Positions 1-5,729 of a stretch of 42,400 bases of DNA are shown here, one piece after another. How positions within the stretch are numbered: position 1 is the stretch's first letter; each line of letters starts with the position of its first letter. The position numbers were made by a program, and so were the translations under genes. The stretch is taken from positions 1 to 42,400 of IMG/VR virus record IMGVR_UViG_3300010371_000021, one strand, 5' to 3'. This DNA is from a virus. The notes beneath the pieces were generated by a model, which saw nothing but the letters and a program-made list of their open reading frames with translations, was not told the origin of the DNA and ran no database searches.

Positions 1-110
1 ACGAAATACCAGCGGCTTATAAGGATATCGACCAGGTGATGGAAGATGCAAAGGATTTGGTGAAGGTCAAACACACATTACACCAAATATTGAACGTAAA
101 GGGGGATTAG
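1..110 (+). CDS. rtcB: 3' end of the RtcB RNA ligase gene (wrap-around duplicate of 42278-42387)
   Basis: Same sequence and frame as the end of 41218-42387 (...HQILNVKGD). Stop TAG at 108-110. Confidence 0.85.
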   Translation, partial: EIPAAYKDIDQVMEDAKDLVKVKHTLHQILNVKGD

Positions 111-123
111 TATGACAACCCCA
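1..123. repeat. Terminal overlap: identical copy of 42278-42400 (circular closure or terminal redundancy)
   Basis: Base-by-base identity of 1-123 with 42278-42400, checked by reading both ends. The unique genome length is therefore 42,277 bp. Confidence 0.95.
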
Positions 124-444
124 CAGCATGACTCGGATGGGCTTGATAAAGTGCTCGCTTTACCAATGGCTGAATATATAGGTATTAGCAACATTGTATT
201 TACCGATTTTCATGGTCAAGAAAAAGGTGAAGATAAGCAATTCGACAGTTATTTTGATAGACAACAAAAAGCTTATAGAAAACTTAAATCCGCCCTAACC
301 CGCCATATCAAGCGGGAGGTGATTCGGGGGAAAATCGAGATATTAGACAAACTTGATTATAACAAGCAAATGTTTGGTGATTGGCAACAAGTAATTGAAA
401 ATGAGCGTGCCCAGCTCGAAGCAGAGCTTGAGGGGATAGGATGA
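112..444 (+). CDS. hypothetical protein, tandem paralog A
   Basis: ATG lies 1 nt after the rtcB stop, with a GGGGGA SD upstream. Shares KSALTR[HY]IKRE[VL]IRG[KR]IE and QLEAELE motifs with 613-969. Confidence 0.8.
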   Translation: MTTPQHDSDGLDKVLALPMAEYIGISNIVFTDFHGQEKGEDKQFDSYFDRQQKAYRKLKSALTRHIKREVIRGKIEILDKLDYNKQMFGDWQQVIENERAQLEAELEGIG

Positions 445-620
445 GTGGCTTAAACTCTATACTGAAAAAACTTACTAAAAACGGGTACGGTAAAATTACC
501 TTTACTAATGATGTTGGCCATAACCAGTGGTGGTGTACTAATGCAATAACGCACCAATTTGAAATTGGAAAAACGCCAGAGGAAGCTGCCCAAAAGTTAT
601 TGGAGGCGCAAGATGACTAA
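441..620 (+). CDS. small hypothetical protein (59 aa, below the ORF-track cutoff)
   Basis: Hand translation gives MSGLNSILKKLTKNGYGKITFTNDVGHNQWWCTNAITHQFEIGKTPEEAAQKLLEAQDD. It has an ATGA overlap with the upstream stop and its stop overlaps the next ATG, which fills an otherwise empty gap. Confidence 0.55.
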   Translation: MSGLNSILKKLTKNGYGKITFTNDVGHNQWWCTNAITHQFEIGKTPEEAAQKLLEAQDD

Positions 621-969
621 GAACAAACCGAGTCGTTTGCAGGGGGAGCTAGATGAGATATTAGAAGGTCAATATAGATGGATGATAGAAACTGTGAATA
701 ATGCTATAAAATACTCAGACGATGGTTTAAAACGACCAATACTTGGCACGGGCACGGCACCGTTACTGACACCTTCTGAAGCTAAATCCGCCCTCACCCG
801 CTACATCAAACGGGAGTTGATTCGAGGGAGGATTGAGGAAATAAAGACACTATTTTACATATGGGGAACAAAAAACCTAACCGAACGGGAGTTGACTGTG
901 CCGGAAAAGTTGGCCAGAAAGCGTATGGTTCAGCTCGAGGCAGAGCTTGAAGAATTGGAGACACAATAA
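613..969 (+). CDS. hypothetical protein, tandem paralog B
   Basis: ORF 559-969. I prefer the internal ATG at 613 because GGAGG sits 6 nt upstream. Shares motifs with 112-444. Confidence 0.75.
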   Translation: MTKNKPSRLQGELDEILEGQYRWMIETVNNAIKYSDDGLKRPILGTGTAPLLTPSEAKSALTRYIKRELIRGRIEEIKTLFYIWGTKNLTERELTVPEKLARKRMVQLEAELEELETQ

Positions 970-1307
970 TGAAAAAGCTACCAATTGACCTTTCATATAT
1001 CAAGAGATGTGGCTATTGCAATGGTGAAAACCGTTACATTATGCGGGCACCAAATGTAAACACTGGCGTTACAGACGATGACGCAAACAGGATGGCAATA
1101 CAACACGTAGGAAGTACCGAAGGTGGCTTTTGTGAGTCCTGCAAGATGATTACTCAGATGACAGTTGTTGCGTATGATTTTGGAAAGAGGAAAGGTCCTA
1201 GCCATGCCCACATAACTCGCGAATGGAAACAACATGGCTGCGCCCTCACCTTTGGTAACCGCCAGGCAATGCGGGAACATTGGAAGGAATATCATGCCAC
1301 AAAATGA
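969..1307 (+). CDS. Cys/His-rich putative zinc-binding protein
   Basis: TAATG overlap start. Contains CGYCNG and CESCK pairs plus HGC...H..W..YH. Confidence 0.7.
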   Translation: MKKLPIDLSYIKRCGYCNGENRYIMRAPNVNTGVTDDDANRMAIQHVGSTEGGFCESCKMITQMTVVAYDFGKRKGPSHAHITREWKQHGCALTFGNRQAMREHWKEYHATK

Positions 1308-1506
1308 GTACAAGATAACACTTAAGGGCATACTCCCGTCACTTTTCAATAACACTGTTACAGCAGTAGAGGTGTACGAGGCGAATAGTGGCCATGAGGC
1401 CATGGAAAAGGCCCGTAAAGATCTCAAGCACGAGTGCCTTGTAAACGGTCTAGACCCTGAAATAGATAGATTTAGGATAGAGATAATAGATGTGGAGAAA
1501 TTATGA
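1294..1506 (+). CDS. hypothetical protein (70 aa)
   Basis: ORF 1234-1506. The ATG at 1294 (MPQNEYK...) keeps the overlap with the upstream gene small. Confidence 0.65.
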   Translation: MPQNEYKITLKGILPSLFNNTVTAVEVYEANSGHEAMEKARKDLKHECLVNGLDPEIDRFRIEIIDVEKL

Positions 1507-2051
1507 CATTGACAACAGACCGAGCTGGCAATGATGCCCCAAGTAGTGGAGAGGGAGAGCTATCAGAAATTGTTTGGAGCATTTACAAAGAGGGCTTGGA
1601 AGCTGGATTCAATGAAGCTCACAACAAAACTAGTAAAGATGCCGGACAAGTAAAACAGCAAGCGTTGGCTAAGTTGGAATCCTGGCACGCTCAACAAGTA
1701 GAAGCAGCGGGAAAGGCTAAAGACAGCGCTTACTGGGAGCGAAATCAGCTCGTTGCCGCGCTCAGTAAGATTTTTCCAGCGTGGCTTGGATATCACGAAG
1801 GCCTTTGGGAAGACTGCTGGCGCACCATTGTTTACGTAATAATTCCAGTTCATCACGAGGTGAGCATTGGTGGCATGGGTGTGAGAGATGTTGGCAGCCA
1901 TGCGCAACTTAGCTGGCACATTCACGATGACGACAAAAAGTACTTTCATCATCTTGACCTAGGTTTGGAAACATGGGACGGGCATACTACTGAAGAAAAA
2001 TACAAGAGGTTGGCACAGCTGGCCACCCAGCAACGGAAGGGAGAGAAGTAA
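1503..2051 (+). CDS. hypothetical protein (182 aa)
   Basis: ATGA-coupled start and a long ORF. No family recognised with confidence. Confidence 0.8.
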   Translation: MTLTTDRAGNDAPSSGEGELSEIVWSIYKEGLEAGFNEAHNKTSKDAGQVKQQALAKLESWHAQQVEAAGKAKDSAYWERNQLVAALSKIFPAWLGYHEGLWEDCWRTIVYVIIPVHHEVSIGGMGVRDVGSHAQLSWHIHDDDKKYFHHLDLGLETWDGHTTEEKYKRLAQLATQQRKGEK

Positions 2052-2266
2052 TGTACGTAGCAAGTTTAGAGCTTTGCAAGGAGCTGTATGAGCTGAGTGG
2101 GTGGGATGATATAGAGTTCCAGTGGTCAAGTATCGACGGTAAGCATTGGGAAGCTGCCGTTTCGGTACTGTTTGCCGGAGCAACAGAGGTTGCTTATGAC
2201 CTCGGCTATCTGCTGCGGAAGTTGCCACCAGTCATCCAAGAGGATGGTATTTTTAGGAGCTTGTAG
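2051..2266 (+). CDS. N-terminal part of a gene interrupted by one in-frame TAG (see finding)
   Basis: TAATG-coupled start. The ORF ends at TAG 2264-2266, and the same frame stays open through to 2551. Confidence 0.7.
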   Translation: MYVASLELCKELYELSGWDDIEFQWSSIDGKHWEAAVSVLFAGATEVAYDLGYLLRKLPPVIQEDGIFRSL

Positions 2267-2296
2267 ATCAACTGTAACGGTGATGGTACATTTCAC

Positions 2297-2551
2297 TTGG
2301 CTTACGTCGAACCGTATGACAAAGAGTTTAAGGGCAGCCACATTACCAATGGTAACACTTTGGAAGACGCCCTCTGTAAACTCACCATCGGGCTATTCAA
2401 AGACGGCACCCCTGAACAACTCAAAATGAACCTGGAAATCACAGACGACCTCTTAAAGGAATGCGAAAAACTACTTAACCACAACGCCAAGGTCTACAAG
2501 GAGTATCTGGCTGCCCTTACCCCTAAGACTACTAAGGAGGATGATCAATAA
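2297..2551 (+). CDS. C-terminal part of the amber-interrupted gene (a TTG start would be needed if it is independent)
   Basis: Same frame as 2051-2266 (both coordinates = 2 mod 3). No ATG and no clear SD. The motif ..TLEDALCKLTIGLFKDG.. looks like the continuation of the upstream domain. Confidence 0.6.
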   Translation: MAYVEPYDKEFKGSHITNGNTLEDALCKLTIGLFKDGTPEQLKMNLEITDDLLKECEKLLNHNAKVYKEYLAALTPKTTKEDDQ

Positions 2552-2566
2552 AATTGCACTCAATCC

Positions 2567-2595
2567 TTGACATAATGCACCCACTTTGCTAAGCT
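2567..2595 (+). promoter_or_regulatory. sigma70-type promoter with extended -10
   Basis: TTGACA (2567-2572), then a 17-nt spacer ending in TGC, then TAAGCT (2590-2595). Confidence 0.55.
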
Positions 2596-2601
2596 ATAGG
2601 T

Positions 2602-2854
2602 AGTTCAAACGAAGGTAAAAGTTATACAACGCCTTGGCCGCTGAACGACTGCATTACTAGATTCATATCTAGAAAGAAACCGCCGGTAAAGAATGACAGA
2701 TTGGTAGAGATGCCTAAGGCCTGTCACTAGCACTTTCTAGATATGAACCAAACATTAACAGGTTGGCTAGCACTTGTCGCTCTTAGCGGACCCCACCCCC
2801 TCTGAGGGCGGCACGAGCTGGCCAACATATCTAAGCCTATCGAGGAGGTGTAAG
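2602..2854 (+). ncRNA. structured ~250-nt leader/RNA element upstream of a 43-aa ORF
   Basis: A 15-bp perfect helix pairs 2662-2676 TTCATATCTAGAAAG with 2733-2747 CTTTCTAGATATGAA. A 10-bp helix pairs 2762-2771 with 2817-2826. There are competing local hairpins and no ORF. Confidence 0.4.
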
Positions 2855-2986
2855 ATGAGCAAATTAACAACCCGTGTCTTTAGGACTCTAGAAGAAGCAG
2901 ATGTCTTCGTTGACCGTCAGATCGCCCGCCGTAAGCGCGTTAGCTTACTTCGGGACCTGGAACATGTTACTGTGTACGTCGCTTAA
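2855..2986 (+). CDS. small hypothetical protein (43 aa)
   Basis: ATG at 2855 is preceded by a strong GAGGAGG SD (2842-2848). Lies within ORF 2774-2986. Confidence 0.6.
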   Translation: MSKLTTRVFRTLEEADVFVDRQIARRKRVSLLRDLEHVTVYVA

Positions 2987-3021
2987 GTTTGAGAGCCTTT
3001 AAGTGACACTTGTGGAGTACG

Positions 3022-3207
3022 ATGATCGCAACAAACAGAGTTAACAACGTGCGCATACCAGTGGATCTCATCGAAGAGGTCCGCTGTTTGCCACTCAAAC
3101 AACAGGTTCTTACTAAACGGATACATTACATAATTAGGTTAGGGATACGATACCATGCGATTCTGGAGCTGGCAGCACAAAAGAACGAGGAAGAGGTACA
3201 CTCATGA
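3022..3207 (+). CDS. small DNA-binding protein, ribbon-helix-helix-like
   Basis: ATG at 3022 with GGAG upstream. The N-terminal ..VRIPVDLIEEV.. resembles the RHH beta-strand/helix signature. Confidence 0.5.
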   Translation: MIATNRVNNVRIPVDLIEEVRCLPLKQQVLTKRIHYIIRLGIRYHAILELAAQKNEEEVHS

Positions 3208-3270
3208 CCTGTTTTGCCTGTGCCGAAAATGCAATCCTTCCGTGCGTAAATGGATTAGGGGGTTACAGTA

Positions 3271-3495
3271 ATGGACTACTATGAACAAGACGCATATGAG
3301 CCGGATGAGCCACGTACAGCGGTGCATAACAAGCCATTGCTACGGGGAGTGAAAAGACAAACATTGAAGGACTTCATACAGTTTCTAAAGAACAGTGGTT
3401 CTAGTAAGATAGAAGGGGATCTAACGATGACTCTAACTAGTATGTCGTTTAGTGATCTGGAGGAGATGGTGGAGACGTTCTTACACGAGAAGTGA
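3271..3495 (+). CDS. hypothetical protein (74 aa)
   Basis: ATG preceded by a GGGGG SD-like run. Acidic N-terminus. Confidence 0.6.
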   Translation: MDYYEQDAYEPDEPRTAVHNKPLLRGVKRQTLKDFIQFLKNSGSSKIEGDLTMTLTSMSFSDLEEMVETFLHEK

Positions 3496-4074
3496 GAAGG
3501 TGAGTTCTTTAACAATGTAGACCGTAGTTGAGCTGGGAGTAAGAGCATGGGGTACCGGGCCACCCACAACCAGCTTGCTCTCAGCTCCATACGGTCTAAA
3601 TGGTGGATGAATATTGATACCAAGACGGTGCCAGCCAAGCGTACGCACCCGTGAGTTAGATTCTCTCCATGGATGGGGAAAGCTTGGTATCAATACCAAA
3701 TGCTAGTAATACAAAGTGGCGTAGGCTTAGAAGCAGCCATCGCTTAATCAACGCGTAACAGCGATCACCTTTACTAGCACCACACCTACCGGTAAGTGGC
3801 GGAATAGGTAGACGTAGTAGTTTTGTCAGCCAAACAAGAGGCAAATTACGTAGAGGTAGACGGACTGACAACGCCAAGACCTACATGCGGAGTGACTATA
3901 CGAGTAACAAATTGATAGCCATAAATAAAACGGAGACAATGGCTGGCGCTCCATCTCGTCAAATCTCTGCCTTACCAGTAGGTGTGGCCGCATAAGAGAA
4001 CCTTGAGCACTCCACCGTTGAAATAATACGGGCCTGCCAAGAGGAGAGCTCCAGGATTATGCCCGCATAATCCT
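3496..4074 (+). ncRNA. candidate large (~580 nt) structured non-coding RNA
   Basis: No + strand ORF of 60 aa or more. Multiple exact nested long-range helices: 3518-3526/3590-3598, 3530-3539/3578-3587, 3612-3624/3683-3695, 3780-3796/3971-3987 (17 bp with 1 mismatch), 3797-3801/3872-3876, 3823-3829/3865-3871 and 4051-4061/4066-4076. It directly abuts a tRNA. Confidence 0.55.
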
Positions 4075-4160
4075 GGAAGATTGCCTGAGTGGTTTATAGG
4101 GCTTCACTGCTAACGAAGTATACGAAAGTATCATAAGTTCGGATTCTATATCTTCCGCCA
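4075..4160 (+). tRNA. tRNA-Ser(GCU): tRNA-Ser (anticodon GCU), class II with long variable arm, CCA encoded
   Basis: Manual fold. Acceptor is GGAAGAT/ATCTTCC. U8, A14 and G18G19 are present. D stem is CCT/AGG. Anticodon stem is CTTC/GAAG with loop CTGCTAA (GCT at 4109-4111, U33, A37). Variable arm is ATAC-GAAA-GTAT. The T loop is TTCGGAT with an imperfect T stem (one A-C, one G-U). Ends with G73 and CCA. Confidence 0.75.
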
Positions 4161-4259
4161 CCGAATAACTAGACCTTGGTTTGTGCTGGGTTTAGGCGGT
4201 GGCAACTGTATAAATACAGAGTAATTTTATACAGTTGTAGGCTAGTACTGTATAAATAA

Positions 4260-4319
4260 TATAATGTTGTTGCGTTGCAGCACTCCACTCGGTTCTTAAT
4301 GAATCCTGTGGAGTTTTTT
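4260..4319 (+). promoter_or_regulatory. TATAAT box followed by a hairpin and T6 (promoter-proximal terminator or small RNA candidate)
   Basis: TATAAT at 4260-4265. Stem pairs 4282-4288 ACTCCAC with 4308-4314 GTGGAGT, followed by TTTTT at 4315-4319. Confidence 0.35.
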
Positions 4320-4647
4320 ACTTCCATCTTGCTGTATCTATTACAGACTGTTCCGACAGCTGCATATATAGTGGTAATATGTATAGAAAGCGGAAAAGAT
4401 ATGTACCCCCCTTCCCTACAATTCCTCAAGCGTAATAGGGAGTTATTGCGGCTTGAGCATCCTTTGTTTTGGGAATATGGACTCGTGTTGTAGACGTAAT
4501 GACGGTCTTGTAGAGTTTTTGGTTGTATGGTACTGTTCATTTGAGTAACCATTACTAGTCCTGATGTCTACTCATTAACTAAATTTGTAGGGGTCGGGTT
4601 GACTTCCCAGATTAGTTGTCGTATTATACTTACGACTAGTAATGCTT

Positions 4648-4677
4648 GAAACCCCTCGCAAGAAGGGGTTTTCTTTT
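4648..4677 (+). terminator. intrinsic terminator-like hairpin closing the non-coding region
   Basis: GAAACCCCT-CGCAAGA-AGGGGTTT stem followed by a TTTTCTTTT tract. Confidence 0.6.
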
Positions 4678-5226
4678 ATGGCAACATATTTCCGACCTGG
4701 AACGTACGCGTTAGTACCAAATAAGCATTTATTACCGGAAATGAAGGGCGCTCCATTATCCGTGTACATTACACTGTGTTCTCATGCGGACACGGAAGGT
4801 ATTTGCTTTCCAGGTATCAAACGTATTATGGCGATGAGTGGTTACAACAAAGATTCGGTATTCACAGCGTTGAAAAAGCTTATTGAACTGGGGGTCATAG
4901 AACGCACGAAACGTAAATCTAATCTTGGAAATAACGATACAAACCTATACCGTATACTAATAGTAGACGATGTCAAGGGTAGTCCGGTGGAGCAGACTAC
5001 CTACTCTAAAAAACCGGACTACCCTGGTACGGTGGAGCAGACTAGGGTGGTACGGTACACCGGACCCGAACTAACCCATGAACTAACCCATGTAAGAAAG
5101 GATGACATTGAAAAAACAGAAAGCTCAAAACGCATAGATCATCGCGGTGAATATAGCCCTACTGCAGAACGTATGCGTTCAGCTAGACAGAAAGGATTAA
5201 AACCATGGGAGGTACTAACAACATGA
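4678..5226 (+). CDS. winged-helix/HTH DNA-binding protein (possible replication initiator or regulator)
   Basis: ORF 4642-5226. ATG at 4678 lies after the hairpin, with AAGGGG upstream. ..GICFPGIKRIMAMSGYNKDSVFTALKKLIELGVIER.. is wHTH-like. Confidence 0.7.
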   Translation: MATYFRPGTYALVPNKHLLPEMKGAPLSVYITLCSHADTEGICFPGIKRIMAMSGYNKDSVFTALKKLIELGVIERTKRKSNLGNNDTNLYRILIVDDVKGSPVEQTTYSKKPDYPGTVEQTRVVRYTGPELTHELTHVRKDDIEKTESSKRIDHRGEYSPTAERMRSARQKGLKPWEVLTT

Positions 5227-5318
5227 AGAAGTACAAAATTTATAAAGTGCCTGTGATTAAGAAAAGGGAATTTATAAAAATAAAATATTAGAGAATGGTA
5301 GACTTTTATTTTTTTTAG

Positions 5319-5327
5319 TGTTATAAA
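5319..5327 (+). promoter_or_regulatory. extended -10 promoter abutting the terS ATG (leaderless candidate)
   Basis: TGTTATAAA ends 6 nt before ATG 5334. There is no SD. TAGACT lies 17 nt upstream as a -35-like hexamer. Confidence 0.45.
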
Positions 5328-5333
5328 AGTCGT

Positions 5334-5729
5334 ATGGCACATGCAGGTGGTAGACCACTAAAGTTTCAGTCCGTTGAAGAACTCGAGAAGAAGATCGATG
5401 AGTTTTTTGCATCTGGTAAACCACCTCTTATAACATCTTTAGCACTGTGGCTTGACACTGATCGAAAGGTACTTATTGATTATCAGGACCGGCCAGAGTT
5501 TTGTAACACCATAAAAAAGGCAAAATTGCGATGTGAGGAATATGTTGAGGAAACTTTGATGACTACTCGCAATGCAACAGGGGCGATCTTCAACTTAAAG
5601 AACAATTATGGTTGGGTTGATAAGACTGAGCAAGACATTACCAGCAAAGGCGAACAGATAAACCAACCTGTTAGTGAGACGCTTATGACACAGTTTTTGC
5701 AGAACGTGCAGGATAATACGAAACGCTAG
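5334..5729 (+). CDS. terS: terminase small subunit
   Basis: GGRPLKF..EEL...IDEFF, ..SLALWL.., ..IFNLKNNYGWVDK matches the common small-terminase pattern. It sits immediately upstream of terL. Confidence 0.85.
   Translation: MAHAGGRPLKFQSVEELEKKIDEFFASGKPPLITSLALWLDTDRKVLIDYQDRPEFCNTIKKAKLRCEEYVEETLMTTRNATGAIFNLKNNYGWVDKTEQDITSKGEQINQPVSETLMTQFLQNVQDNTKR

Noticed and set aside
2264-2266. Genome-wide TAG reassignment (alternative genetic code) as the explanation for the in-frame amber codon
   Set aside because: TAG terminates more than 20 well-supported genes here, including terS, terL, groEL, portal, scaffold and rtcB, each immediately followed by the next gene's SD and start. The only tRNA found reads AGY (Ser) and is not a suppressor.
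3789-3830. GTGGCGGAATAGGTAGACG, which resembles the D-arm of class II tRNAs (Leu/Ser/Tyr), with acceptor-like pairing to 3971-3978
   Set aside because: No anticodon stem or T arm can be drawn. The 17 nt before the 3' strand do not form a T stem-loop. The paired strands are 174 nt apart. I treat it as part of the large structured RNA, not as a second tRNA.
3780-3987. Retron msr/msd-like ncRNA (long terminal inverted repeat enclosing a structured core)
   Set aside because: No reverse transcriptase gene is adjacent or present elsewhere.
4075-4160. tRNA gene as an attP integration site
   Set aside because: No integrase or recombinase is recognisable. The tRNA is full-length with its own CCA rather than a 3' fragment.
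4205-4360. LexA/SOS boxes (CTGT...ACAG)
   Set aside because: The spacings are CTGT-N6-ACAG, CTGT-N7-ACAG and CTGT-N4-ACAG, not the enterobacterial CTGT-N8-ACAG. The host is unknown. I kept these only as generic palindromic operator candidates.
4169-4552. 127-aa minus-strand ORF and 72-aa plus-strand ORF (4275-4493, TTG start) in the non-coding region
   Set aside because: Both have odd, low-complexity compositions and no SD or ATG context. They run through hairpins, palindromes and iteron-like repeats, so they are more likely chance ORFs in AT-rich regulatory DNA.
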